From positions 1 through 36,055 of the forward strand of contig JBMORE010000015.1 of assembly GCA_049322255.1 (NCBI GenBank): DNA of 36,055 nt. Reading direction: 5' to 3'. Source of the stretch: Myxococcota bacterium (GTDB lineage Bacteria > Myxococcota > Myxococcia > Myxococcales > Myxococcaceae). Within the stretch, counting starts at the first letter, position 1, and each line of letters begins with the position of its first letter. This document shows, piece after piece, positions 17,381 through 26,809 of this stretch. Under the pieces are notes generated by a model. It made no database searches and was not told the origin of the DNA. It saw only the letters and a list, made by a program, of their open reading frames with translations. Position numbers and translations under genes: made by a program.

Positions 17381-17773
17381 TTACTTGTACTCCGTCAGCT
17401 TCCTGCGGGTGGGTCCGCTTTTCGGCCCATCGCGGCGTGTCTGACAGTCGACGCACAGCTCGGCGTAGGGCATCGCCGTGAGCCGCCCGAACGCAATCTC
17501 CTCGCCGCACTCCAGGCACAGCCCGAGCTCTTCGGGCGTCTCGCGCAACCGGCCGATGGCGCGGTCGACCATCGCAACAAGCCGTGCGTCGTTTCGGTTC
17601 CGGTCGGAGGCGATCGCCTGCAGCATCTCGTTGAGCGGCTGCTCGTCCTCGTCGCCACCCACCTCGGCCTCGGAGGTGCGATTGGGGTCGAGCTTGCGCA
17701 AGGGTTTGCCTGACAGCCCACGGGCGAGCGCGAGCAAAAGCTTCTGAATCTTGGCGCGCTGCGCGGCGGTCAA
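17381..17773 (-). CDS. TraR/DksA C4-type zinc finger protein
   Basis: Helical hairpin followed by GLCLECGEEIAFGRLTAMPYAELCVDCQ. Confidence 0.88.
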   Translation of the reverse strand: MTAAQRAKIQKLLLALARGLSGKPLRKLDPNRTSEAEVGGDEDEQPLNEMLQAIASDRNRNDARLVAMVDRAIGRLRETPEELGLCLECGEEIAFGRLTAMPYAELCVDCQTRRDGPKSGPTRRKLTEYK

Positions 17774-17782
17774 CCCTCGACC

Positions 17783-18688
<906 letters not shown>

Positions 18689-18731
18689 GCGAAGGCGGTC
18701 TACCTCAAACCCGGGCTAATCTCCACGCGCG

Positions 18732-19784
18732 ATGACCCGTCTCACTGCTTGGTTCGCGCTCCTTCTCACCGCCGCCGCGCAAGGAGCGCCGCTCACCGTG
18801 CGCTTCTTCGACGTCGGCCAGGGCGACGCCGCGCTGGTGACCACCCCCTTGGGCAAGACGGTGCTCATCGACGGAGGGCCTCCCGACGCCGGGCCCCGCT
18901 TGACCTCCCGGGTGCGCGCGCTGACCCAAGGACCGCTCGACCTGGTGGTGCTCTCCCACGCACACTTGGATCATCTGGGCGGTCTCACCGACGTGCTTCG
19001 CGCCGTGGGAGCACGCCGCTACCTGGAGCCGGACTTCGACCACCCCAGCACCGCCTACTTGAGCTTCCTTCGCTTCCTGGGCACTTTGGAGGTGACCAAG
19101 CTTCCCACCGGCGATCCCACCCAGCCGCTGGTGCCCGTGCGCTACCCACTGGAGCCTGAGGTGGAGCTGACGCTTTTGTGGCCACGGGTGGATGGCGAGG
19201 GAAAACCGCTCGAGCCGTTCTTGGGAAACACGCGCTCCGACGTGAACGCCAACTCGGTGGTGGCGCGCCTGACCTACCGCAAGACCAGCTTCCTCTTCGT
19301 GGGCGACGCCGAGGCGGACACCGAGGCGCTCTTGGTGAAGAAGAACCTTCCGCTGGCCTCCACCGTGCTCAAGGTGGCGCACCACGGCAGCCGGCACTCC
19401 TCCACCGCCTCCTTCCTCGAGAAGGTGAAGCCCACCGCGGCGGTGATTTCCTGCGCGGCGAAGAACGACTACGGGCACCCCGCGGCGGAGACGCTCGTGC
19501 GCCTTTCGGCTGCGGGGGCGAAGGTGTATCGAACCGACCTGCACGGAGAGGTGACCGCCCTAAGCGACGGAGAGGTGGTGCGCCTGCGTACCGAGCGCGC
19601 CGGCGTGGTGCCAGCATCTCCCACGTCCACCCAGGGCCCCTACGTGGCGAGCAAGCGCTCGCAAGTGTTTCATCTGGCAAGCTGCGCGGCGGTGGCCACA
19701 ATCAAACCGCACAACCGCCTGGAGTTTTCCGAACGCACCGCGGCAGCCAAGGAGCGCCGGCCCGCGGGAGACTGCCGCCCATGA
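18732..19784 (+). CDS. Secreted ComEC/Rec2-like metallo-beta-lactamase-fold hydrolase with C-terminal Ada-like metal-binding domain
   Basis: Signal peptide; FDVGQGDA, LIDGG, SHAHLDHLGG, GDAE, LKVAHHGS, NDYGHP, YRTDLHG; C-terminal YVASKRSQVFH..SC...RRPAGDCRP. Confidence 0.9.
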   Translation: MTRLTAWFALLLTAAAQGAPLTVRFFDVGQGDAALVTTPLGKTVLIDGGPPDAGPRLTSRVRALTQGPLDLVVLSHAHLDHLGGLTDVLRAVGARRYLEPDFDHPSTAYLSFLRFLGTLEVTKLPTGDPTQPLVPVRYPLEPEVELTLLWPRVDGEGKPLEPFLGNTRSDVNANSVVARLTYRKTSFLFVGDAEADTEALLVKKNLPLASTVLKVAHHGSRHSSTASFLEKVKPTAAVISCAAKNDYGHPAAETLVRLSAAGAKVYRTDLHGEVTALSDGEVVRLRTERAGVVPASPTSTQGPYVASKRSQVFHLASCAAVATIKPHNRLEFSERTAAAKERRPAGDCRP

Positions 19785-20905
19785 CCTTGCTCACCTTTTG
19801 CGCGGCCGCTTGGCTTTCCCTCAGCTCCGCCTCCCCGTCGCTCACCGTGCTCGAGCCAGCGGGGAAAGACGCTCCCAAAGGCGACGGGAAGCTGCACCTG
19901 TATTTCTTCGACGTGGGCGAGGGCGACGCGTGCCTCTTGGTCTCTCCCACCGGCCGCACGGTGCTGGTCGATGCGGGACCACCGCAGGCCGGCTCGCACC
20001 TCGCCCACCGCCTCCCCGCGCTCACCCGGGGGCCCATCGATTTGGTCCTGCTCACCCACCCGCACGACGACCACTTTGGAGGCCTGGCCCAGGCCACCTC
20101 TGCCACCGGGGTGAGCCGCTTCGCCGACGTCGACATGCCCCAGGCGAGCGCGGCGCACTTGCGCGCGTTGCCGGCGAAAGCCGTGTCGCTCTCGCCGGAC
20201 TCCGATCGTCCGGCCGAGCCGGTGCGAGTCGCGCTCGGCGGGGGAGCGGAGCTCGTCGTGCTCTGGCCGCGCGCACCGCTGGAGGCGCCGCTCAAGGGCA
20301 ACCCCGAGCACAACTCGGTGGTGGCGCGGGTGAGCTTGGGAACGACCTCGGCGCTCTTGACCGGCGATGCGCGGGCGGAGACCGAGGGCTACCTCTTGAG
20401 CAAGCGGTTCGACCTGTCCGCCACGCTGCTCAAGGTGGCCGCGCACGGGCGTGACATCGCCACCACTCCCGCCTGGCTCGCCGCGGTGAAGCCGCAAGCG
20501 GCCATCCTCTCGGTGGGAGCGGGCAACGCGCTGGGCGCCCCTGCGAAGGCGGTGCTCGAGCGCCTGGAGGGTGCGGGCGCCCGCATCTTCCGTACCGACC
20601 TCGACGGAGAGATTCACGCGGTGAGCGACGGCAAGCGCTTCACCCTCACCACCGAGCGCCTGGCTGCGGGCGAGACTCCGGGCACCGCGCACCTCTTCCC
20701 CGCCAAGGCGGCCGCACGGCCTCCCAAGGCTTCTCCTAAGGTGCAGGAGCCGCCGGCGGCGTTCGTGGCGAGCAAGCACGGCAAGGTGTTTCACCTGCCC
20801 AGCTGCAAGGCCGCCCAGCGCATCGCTCCCCACAACCTCATCGTCTACCCGTCGCGCGAAGAGGCGGAGAAGTCGCGCCGCCCAGCGGAGGACTGCAAGC
20901 CTTAG
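19781..20905 (+). CDS. Second ComEC/Rec2-like MBL-fold paralog with partly degenerate metal ligands and an Ada-like C-terminal domain
   Basis: ATG at 19781 overlaps the upstream TGA; signal peptide; FDVGEGDA, THPHDDHFGG, LKVAAHG, FRTDLDG; FVASKHGKVFH.PSC...RRPAEDCKP. Confidence 0.88.
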   Translation: MTLLTFCAAAWLSLSSASPSLTVLEPAGKDAPKGDGKLHLYFFDVGEGDACLLVSPTGRTVLVDAGPPQAGSHLAHRLPALTRGPIDLVLLTHPHDDHFGGLAQATSATGVSRFADVDMPQASAAHLRALPAKAVSLSPDSDRPAEPVRVALGGGAELVVLWPRAPLEAPLKGNPEHNSVVARVSLGTTSALLTGDARAETEGYLLSKRFDLSATLLKVAAHGRDIATTPAWLAAVKPQAAILSVGAGNALGAPAKAVLERLEGAGARIFRTDLDGEIHAVSDGKRFTLTTERLAAGETPGTAHLFPAKAAARPPKASPKVQEPPAAFVASKHGKVFHLPSCKAAQRIAPHNLIVYPSREEAEKSRRPAEDCKP

Positions 20906-20908
20906 ACC

Positions 20909-21142
20909 ATGGCCCGCGCGACCATCGATCGCTTCGAAGGCGAGCTGGCAGTGCTCCTCGTCGACGGCGGCGAAGTGACCCGCCCGCGCTCCTCTCTTCC
21001 CGCCGAAGCGAAAGAAGGCGACGTGGTCGACCTGGACACCGGCCAAGTCGACACCGAGGCCACGGAGCGGCTGCTCGCCGATGTCCGCTCCGCACGCGCG
21101 CAGGCGTTTGGCAAGAAGGCCAAGCCGGGCAGCTTCGACTGA
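20909..21142 (+). CDS. DUF3006-family small protein
   Basis: IDRFEGELAVL...LPAEAKEGDVV...DTEATE. Confidence 0.85.
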   Translation: MARATIDRFEGELAVLLVDGGEVTRPRSSLPAEAKEGDVVDLDTGQVDTEATERLLADVRSARAQAFGKKAKPGSFD

Positions 21143-21144
21143 CT

Positions 21145-21657
21145 TCAGCCACCCTGGAAGAGCTTCTCTATGACCCGGATGGGCAAATAGAGGTGGAGCT
21201 CGTCATCCTCAAGGGTCTCGAAGCCGAAATGCGCGTAGAAACGCTTTGCTTCCTCATTCTTCGCAATGACTTCAACTGCGTGGATGCCCAGTTGCGCGGA
21301 AACCACCCAGGCGCGGCGGAGGGCGTCAATGAGCAGATGGGCACCAAGCCCCCGCCCTCGCACGCTTGAATCGACCGCCAATCTGCCTAGGTGAACGACC
21401 GGAACAGGGTACTGCGGCAGATGCTTGCGCTTCGATTCCGGAAGGTGCGGGAGCTCAATGATGCCGCTTCGAAGTGTGTAGTATCCCAACACCTGCTTCT
21501 CTCCGGGACGGGTAGCGACAAAGGTCCTCCCCAATCCACGTTGGTCATTCTGCCGCGCATATTTGCGAAGGTATTCGTCGAGCGCAGCCGTGCCACACGA
21601 GAAATCCGCTCGATCATGCGCCTTGGTGATGGCCTCGACACGCCACAGGTCAGCCAC
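21145..21657 (-). CDS. GNAT acetyltransferase toxin (TacT/AtaT type)
   Basis: HDRADFSCG..ALDEYL, VLGYYTL, PVVHLGRLAVD, RGRGLG, AKNEEAKRFY; directly downstream of a DUF1778 gene. Confidence 0.9.
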   Translation of the reverse strand: MADLWRVEAITKAHDRADFSCGTAALDEYLRKYARQNDQRGLGRTFVATRPGEKQVLGYYTLRSGIIELPHLPESKRKHLPQYPVPVVHLGRLAVDSSVRGRGLGAHLLIDALRRAWVVSAQLGIHAVEVIAKNEEAKRFYAHFGFETLEDDELHLYLPIRVIEKLFQGG

Positions 21658-21919
21658 GGCGTGCTTTGTACCGCTTGGCAGCAGCTTTCAGCGCCTCGAC
21701 AGGCTCGCGTTTCTCATCGAGCATGGCCAAGAAACGCGCTTGATCTCGTCGCGTCAGCACGGTCTTCGTGTGCTTTTCGATTGCCAGCTGCGCTCCCTCC
21801 GCGAGCAAGGCGCGCACGAACGCGGTCATTGCTTGGCCGGTGAGTGCCGCCGCCTGCTCGAGGAGCTCCTTGAGCTCCGGGGACAGGCGCATCTCCAATC
21901 GTTCTGTCTTGGTCGCCAT
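21650..21919 (-). CDS. DUF1778 ribbon-helix-helix antitoxin (TacA/AtaR type)
   Basis: MATKTERLEMRLSPELKELLEQAAALTGQ..TAFV...L...DQARFLAMLD...P.EALK.A. Confidence 0.9.
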   Translation of the reverse strand: MATKTERLEMRLSPELKELLEQAAALTGQAMTAFVRALLAEGAQLAIEKHTKTVLTRRDQARFLAMLDEKREPVEALKAAAKRYKARRG

Positions 21920-21928
21920 GGTGGAAAT

Positions 21929-21957
21929 ACCGTACGGCATTTTTACGTACAATTCAA
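21929..21957 (-). promoter_or_regulatory. Putative sigma-70 promoter and operator of the GNAT/DUF1778 TA module
   Basis: Minus strand reads TTGAAT-N17-TACGGT-N9-ATG; overlapping inverted repeat GTACG-N9-CGTAC at 21932-21950. Confidence 0.55.
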
Positions 21958-21958
21958 C

Positions 21959-23128
21959 TCACGCGGCACGGGCTTTGGGGAGCCAGAGCAGGAGAAAGCC
22001 GAAGGCCAGCGCCGAGAGCCCCGCTGCGGCGAGGAATGCCACTTTGCTCCCGCCGAGCATCCACAAACCACCGAAGAGCAGACCTGCCGCCAATGAGCCG
22101 ATGCCGGTGAGCGCGTGGTACAGGCCGAACGCCCGCCCCCGCGCCTCGAGAGGCGACAGCTCGACCAAGAGCGCCCGCTCGGCTCCTTCGGACATCGCAT
22201 GGTACAGCCCGTAGAAGGCGATGGCTCCCAAGGTGAAGGAAAGCGAGGGCGAGAGCGCCAGCGCCACGTAGCTGACTCCGTACAGCGCCCAGGCGAACCC
22301 CACCAGGCGCGCGCTCCCCAGGCGATCGGCGAGCGCTCCGGCGGGGAAGGAGACCGCCGCCTTCACCGCGTGCAACGAAAGCCAGGCCAAAGGGAGCAAC
22401 GCCGGCGAGGCGCCTTGCTCGGTCAGCCGCAAAAGCAAGAACGCATCGGTGGAGTTGGCCAGCGCAAACAGCGCCACCGGCCCCAGGTAGAACCCCAGAC
22501 GGCGCGGCACCGGGGCGAGCGGCTGGCCGGCCTTCGCGCGCGGGTGCTCGGGGGGCTCGCGGGAGAAGAAGATGGCCACCACCGCCAGCGCTCCGGGAAT
22601 CGCGGCGAGAAGAAACACCCTCTCCACCGAAAGCCCCCGAGCCACCAGCACGGCGGCGACGAGCGCCCCCAGCGCGGCGCCGGCGTGGTCCATCGCCCGG
22701 TTGAGCCCGAACGCCCGCGCGCGCATGCTCGGGTCGGCCCACCCGGCAATCATCACATCGCGCGGAGCCCCGCGCAGGCCCTTGCCCACCCGATCGATGC
22801 TGCGCACCAAGAGCGGTTGCCACCATGAGGTCACCAGCGCCATCAGCGGGCGGGCGAGCGAGGAGAGCGCGTAGCCGGAAAAGACCATCGGGCGCAGGCG
22901 GCGCGCTCGGTCCACCCAGTGACCCGCCCACCACTTGCAGCCCGCGGAGACCAAGTCGGCCAACCCTTCCATCGCTCCCAAAACCAGCGGGGCCGAAGCC
23001 ACCCGCGCAGCGAGGAACGCGGGCAGGAGGGGAAAAATCATCTCGCTGGAGACGTCGGTGAGAAGGCTCACCACCCCCAGCGCGAGGACCGAGGCCGGTA
23101 GCCGCCTGCGTTCAGCGCCTGGGCCCAA
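21959..23128 (-). CDS. MFS transporter
   Basis: About 12 hydrophobic segments; SLLTDVSSEMIFPLLP, DRVGKGLRGAPRD, GALADRLG. Confidence 0.9.
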   Translation of the reverse strand: MGPGAERRRLPASVLALGVVSLLTDVSSEMIFPLLPAFLAARVASAPLVLGAMEGLADLVSAGCKWWAGHWVDRARRLRPMVFSGYALSSLARPLMALVTSWWQPLLVRSIDRVGKGLRGAPRDVMIAGWADPSMRARAFGLNRAMDHAGAALGALVAAVLVARGLSVERVFLLAAIPGALAVVAIFFSREPPEHPRAKAGQPLAPVPRRLGFYLGPVALFALANSTDAFLLLRLTEQGASPALLPLAWLSLHAVKAAVSFPAGALADRLGSARLVGFAWALYGVSYVALALSPSLSFTLGAIAFYGLYHAMSEGAERALLVELSPLEARGRAFGLYHALTGIGSLAAGLLFGGLWMLGGSKVAFLAAAGLSALAFGFLLLWLPKARAA

Positions 23129-23774
23129 GGCCTGCCTTCTGGCGCGCCTCGAGGAGCTTGGCCACGTCGGCCTCGGCCAAGGGCGCTACCTTTCCCAGCG
23201 TGCGCGCGACGGAAAGAATCTTCGCGTAGTGCTCGACCAGCTCCATGCGCAAAAGCGCCTGGGTGAGGTCGGCGCCCAGGGTGAGAGCGCCGTTGCCGGC
23301 GAGGACGAAGGCGTCGTGCTCGCTCGCCGCCGCCTCCACCTGTTGAAGCCCTTGCGCGTCCTTGGGCAGAAACCTCGGCACGGTGGGAATACGGTGCCCC
23401 AAGGAGACGACGACTTCCGGCATCGCGATGGGGAAAAGCTCCTCGCCCACCAGCCCGAACGCCGTCGCGTGCGGAGGGTGCGCGTGCAAGACCACCTCCA
23501 CCTCCGGCCGGGCGCGGTAGGCGGCCAGGTGCAGCTCGAGCTCGGAGAAGGGCCGATGCCGCCCCTCGAGCACCCTGCCGCTCATGTCCACCACCAGCAG
23601 CGAAGCGTCCTCGATGTCGCGCTTGGAGACCGCGGTGCAGGTGATGAGCAGCCGCTCTCCTTTGAGCCGCGCCGAGACGTTGCCGTCGTGGTTGGCCACC
23701 CACCCGTTGTGGTGCAGCCGGCGGGAGAGCTCCACCATCTGCGAGCGCAGCTTGGGCAGCGGCGCGAACGGCAT
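23112..23774 (-). CDS. Class II aldolase/adducin family protein (FucA/AraD fold)
   Basis: DGNVSAR, RPFSE..LH...YRARP, VLHAHPP.ATAF, MELVEHYAKI. Confidence 0.9.
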   Translation of the reverse strand: MPFAPLPKLRSQMVELSRRLHHNGWVANHDGNVSARLKGERLLITCTAVSKRDIEDASLLVVDMSGRVLEGRHRPFSELELHLAAYRARPEVEVVLHAHPPHATAFGLVGEELFPIAMPEVVVSLGHRIPTVPRFLPKDAQGLQQVEAAASEHDAFVLAGNGALTLGADLTQALLRMELVEHYAKILSVARTLGKVAPLAEADVAKLLEARQKAGLGPRR

Positions 23775-23776
23775 GG

Positions 23777-24043
23777 TCAGGCCACCTCGTCCACCACGCC
23801 GACGATGAGCGAGCGGATGGGGAGCTGTTTGTCCCCCAGCACCTGCCGCACCCCGTTGCCCTCGCGCATCACCAGCACCACGTCGCCCTTCCCCGCCGAC
23901 GAGGTGTGGTCGACGGCGAGGAAGCTCTTGCCCAGTGGCTCTTTTCTTTCGTCGAGCGGCTGCACCACCAAGAGCTTGCGCCCGTGGAAGGCGGGGTGCT
24001 TCTCGGTGGCGACCACCGTGCCCAACACGCGGCAGAGGTTCAC
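23777..24043 (-). CDS. EutN/CcmL bacterial microcompartment vertex protein (BMC-P)
   Basis: GTG start at 24043 overlapping the upstream TGA; MNLCRVLGTVVATEKH....GRKLLVVQP...AVD...AGKGDVVLV..EG...PI...IVGVVD. Confidence 0.92.
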   Translation of the reverse strand: MNLCRVLGTVVATEKHPAFHGRKLLVVQPLDERKEPLGKSFLAVDHTSSAGKGDVVLVMREGNGVRQVLGDKQLPIRSLIVGVVDEVA

Positions 24044-24303
24044 GCGTCCACCTCGTCGACCAGGCCGACGATCGCCGCGTCCACCGGCACGAACCAGGGG
24101 TCGCAGGCCAGCGCCGCCTCCCGGCTGCCCACCAGGTACACCAGGCTCTGAGGCGAGGCCGACACCGTGTCCACCGCCACCTCGGCGGAACCGACCGGCG
24201 CTTGCCGATGGTCGAGCGGCTGCACCAAAAGGAGGCGCTTGCCCTCGAGCCCCTCGTACTTGCGCTCGCACACCACGGTGCCGATGACCCTCCCTAGGTA
24301 CAT
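24040..24303 (-). CDS. EutN/CcmL bacterial microcompartment vertex protein (BMC-P)
   Basis: MYLGRVIGTVV..RK...LEGKRLLLVQP...VAVDTV...GSREA...PVDAAIVGLVD. Confidence 0.92.
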   Translation of the reverse strand: MYLGRVIGTVVCERKYEGLEGKRLLLVQPLDHRQAPVGSAEVAVDTVSASPQSLVYLVGSREAALACDPWFVPVDAAIVGLVDEVDA

Positions 24304-24318
24304 GGGCCGAGCGGTCTA

Positions 24319-25830
24319 CTACAGCGAGGGCGCGGTTCCCAGAATGAGCGGAATCTGCACCTCGGTCTCCGAGTCCTCTCCGCTGGTGGGGAACTTCATG
24401 TTCTTCGCCCGTAGCTTCAGACAGCCGCCGAGCTCAGACAGCTCGATGTCCTTGCGGCTGATGGAGACGGCAGTGACGATGCCCGAACTGCCCACGGTGG
24501 CGTTGAGGCTCACCTTGCCGCCCTTGAAGTTGGGGTTTCGCTTCAGCTCCGTCTCCACGCAGTTGAGGAACGAGGGCTGGTACTGCGCCACCACCTTGGC
24601 CACGTCCTCGTCCTTGAGGCCGCCGCCGGAACTGACGGGCTTGACCTCCTCGGGCTTGCGCGCGATGGGGCCTTTGTCTGCTTTCTCGCCGTAGAGCTTC
24701 CGCATGTCCTCCTCGGTCATGCCCGTAGGCAACGAGGGCTCCTTGGGGGGTGGTGCCGGCTCCACCTTGGCGACCACTGTTTTGGGCTTGGTGGCGACGG
24801 GAGCGGAAACTGCCTTTTTCTTGTTCTTTCCGGTGAGCAGGTCGCGCAACCCGGCGACACCCTCGGCGGAGAAGACCGACTCCTGAACTTCCTCGCCGTT
24901 CTCGGTCACCCGGGTCACCTGGAGGAGGGGGATGTGCAGCGTCGACAAGAGGTAGAGCAGACCCACGGGCAAAAAGACGCTCAGCCCGATGAAGAGGCCG
25001 ATCTTCCACGGAGGGTTGCGCTTGTTGACCCCCGCCTGGGCAATGAAGAACTGGGTCGACTCCCCAGGGGGGGGTAAGTCCTTGGGGTCGAGCGCGCCCA
25101 GCGCGGCGAACGGGTCGTCCGCAGGCGCCGGCGCTTCTGTCTGCTTGTGGGGCGCCTTCTCCACCACCAACTCGGGCTCGGACGAAGGCAACTGCGCGTC
25201 GGAGAAGAGCTCGTTCAAGGCATCGTTCGAGCGGCCCTGGGTGATTTCCGGCGCGGGGAGCTGCGGTGCAATCGCCACGTCGCGACCGGGCTCCTCGCGT
25301 ACCGGGGCCATCGGCTGAGCGACGCGCAGCTGCGCGGTGGTGCTCCGGGCCAAGGGAGGAGCGGGCGGCGGTGCCACCTTGGGCGCGGCGCTGCCACCGG
25401 CGAACAGACGCGACAGCTCGGGTAGCTCGCTCGCCCTCTTCCAGTCGGCCATGCCCTGCTTCCACACGAAGGTACGTAAGGACACCTCGCCCGCCTTCAC
25501 CTTCGCCTCCAGCCCGAGCACATCCATGGGGCCTGTCTGCTTGCCCTTGACCATGGCGAACCACACCGAGGCCAAGTCGAGCGCAGGCATCGCCGTGGTG
25601 CGCTCCTCCTCCCACGCCGGTTTGGGGCCAGCGGTGGCGGCACCGGTGGCCTGGGCGCGCAGCTGGGCCATGTCACCTAAGTTGATCGCCCGGGTCGGAG
25701 GGTCGTCGGGCGGGCCACGCACCGAGATGACGTTTTGACAGTGCTTGCACTTGACCTTGACGGTCTTGCCGCGAACCTTCTCGTCGGCGATCGAGTACCG
25801 CTTCTGACACTTGTCGCAGGTGACGTTCAA
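24319..25830 (-). CDS. AgmX/GltJ/PglI-like protein: zinc ribbon, GYF_2, TM and AgmX/PglI C-terminal domain
   Basis: CDKC...KVKCKHC zinc ribbon; WFAMVKGKQTGPM...VWKQGMADW GYF_2; Pro-rich linker; one TM; C-terminal CVETELKRNP..KGGKV...GC TonB-like domain. Confidence 0.85.
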   Translation of the reverse strand: MNVTCDKCQKRYSIADEKVRGKTVKVKCKHCQNVISVRGPPDDPPTRAINLGDMAQLRAQATGAATAGPKPAWEEERTTAMPALDLASVWFAMVKGKQTGPMDVLGLEAKVKAGEVSLRTFVWKQGMADWKRASELPELSRLFAGGSAAPKVAPPPAPPLARSTTAQLRVAQPMAPVREEPGRDVAIAPQLPAPEITQGRSNDALNELFSDAQLPSSEPELVVEKAPHKQTEAPAPADDPFAALGALDPKDLPPPGESTQFFIAQAGVNKRNPPWKIGLFIGLSVFLPVGLLYLLSTLHIPLLQVTRVTENGEEVQESVFSAEGVAGLRDLLTGKNKKKAVSAPVATKPKTVVAKVEPAPPPKEPSLPTGMTEEDMRKLYGEKADKGPIARKPEEVKPVSSGGGLKDEDVAKVVAQYQPSFLNCVETELKRNPNFKGGKVSLNATVGSSGIVTAVSISRKDIELSELGGCLKLRAKNMKFPTSGEDSETEVQIPLILGTAPSL

Positions 25831-25978
25831 AAAGGCCGCCGAGCTGAAAAGGGCGACCTGATGGTAACCCGAAACCCTACCGAAACGACATGTAGGCCTT
25901 CATCCTCCCGTTGACTTGGTCGGCCGCGGCAACTAAGGAGGCGGCGCTTTCGAGCCCCCCTTCGAGGTGAACATCCAC

Positions 25979-26263
25979 ATGCCCGCCAAGGATCTCGGCA
26001 CGAAGTACATCTGTTTCAAGTGCGCGACCAAGTTCTACGACTTGAAGAAACCCGACCCGCTCTGTCCCAAGTGCGGCACCGACCAGCGGGAGAGCCCGGC
26101 CAACAAACCCGTCTCCGAAGGCCGCCGAGGCCGCCTGGCGGCGGTGCCTAAAGTGGTCGAGCCGGTCGAACCCGTCGAGGAAACGGCCGAAGTCGAGGAA
26201 GCCGAAGAGGAGCTGGAGAGCCTCGAGGACGAAGAAGTCCCATCCGACGACGAAGAGGTGTAG
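25979..26263 (+). CDS. FYDLN acid domain (TIGR02300-type) protein
   Basis: LGTKYICFKCATKFYDLKKPDPLCPKCG followed by an acidic tail; GAGGTGA RBS before ATG 25979. Confidence 0.88.
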   Translation: MPAKDLGTKYICFKCATKFYDLKKPDPLCPKCGTDQRESPANKPVSEGRRGRLAAVPKVVEPVEPVEETAEVEEAEEELESLEDEEVPSDDEEV

Positions 26264-26264
26264 G

Positions 26265-26753
26265 TCAGGCGGCTTTGTCGGCGGCCTCGCGCTCGAAGTA
26301 GAGCGGCATGTTGGCGCGCAACCAGTCGGGGATTTGGTCCTTGCGGTAGACGAAGATGGCGTCGTACGGGCAGGCCTTCTCGCACTCCCGGCAGCCGGTG
26401 CACTTGCTCTCGTCCACCGTCATCAGGCTGAAGAAGGGTGACTGCGGATCGTCGACGTCCTGCAGGTGGAGGCAGTCGAACGGGCAGCGCTCGGCGCACT
26501 TGTCGCAGCCGGTGCACGCCTTCTCGTCGACGAAGGAGAAGGGTCGCTGGTTCTTCTTCAGCATCTCGGTGAGGTTGCCGAGGTTGTCGTAGATCGCCTC
26601 GGCCGGGCAAACCACGCCGCAGGCGCCGCAGTCGATGCACAGGTCAGGGTCGATGACGTGGAGCGTCTTGCGATCGCCGGTGATGGCATCGGTGGGACAG
26701 CGGTTGGTGCAAGCGGTGCAGCCGATGCAAGTCTCGATGATGTGGAACGCCAT
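26265..26753 (-). CDS. Polyferredoxin with four [4Fe-4S] motifs
   Basis: Four CxxCxxCxxxCP motifs: CIGCTAC, CIDCGAC, CTGCDKC, CTGCREC. Confidence 0.92.
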   Translation of the reverse strand: MAFHIIETCIGCTACTNRCPTDAITGDRKTLHVIDPDLCIDCGACGVVCPAEAIYDNLGNLTEMLKKNQRPFSFVDEKACTGCDKCAERCPFDCLHLQDVDDPQSPFFSLMTVDESKCTGCRECEKACPYDAIFVYRKDQIPDWLRANMPLYFEREAADKAA

Positions 26754-26809
26754 CGCTCGTGGGTTCTAACTTAGGTTTCACGGCCCGACAACGACTTCCA
26801 AAGCGCTCC

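Noticed and set aside
19178..19780. 200-aa N-terminal extension of the second MBL ORF
   Set aside because: Out-of-frame overlap with paralog 1; ATG 19781 gives an ATGA overlap and a signal peptide
18732..20905. Calling these genes comEC (DNA uptake channel) or antibiotic beta-lactamases
   Set aside because: No competence transmembrane domain; the motifs fit stand-alone ComEC-like MBL hydrolases only
24044..24271. Gly/Arg-rich extension of the second BMC-P ORF
   Set aside because: Overlaps the first BMC-P gene in another frame; the family N-terminus starts at GTG 24043
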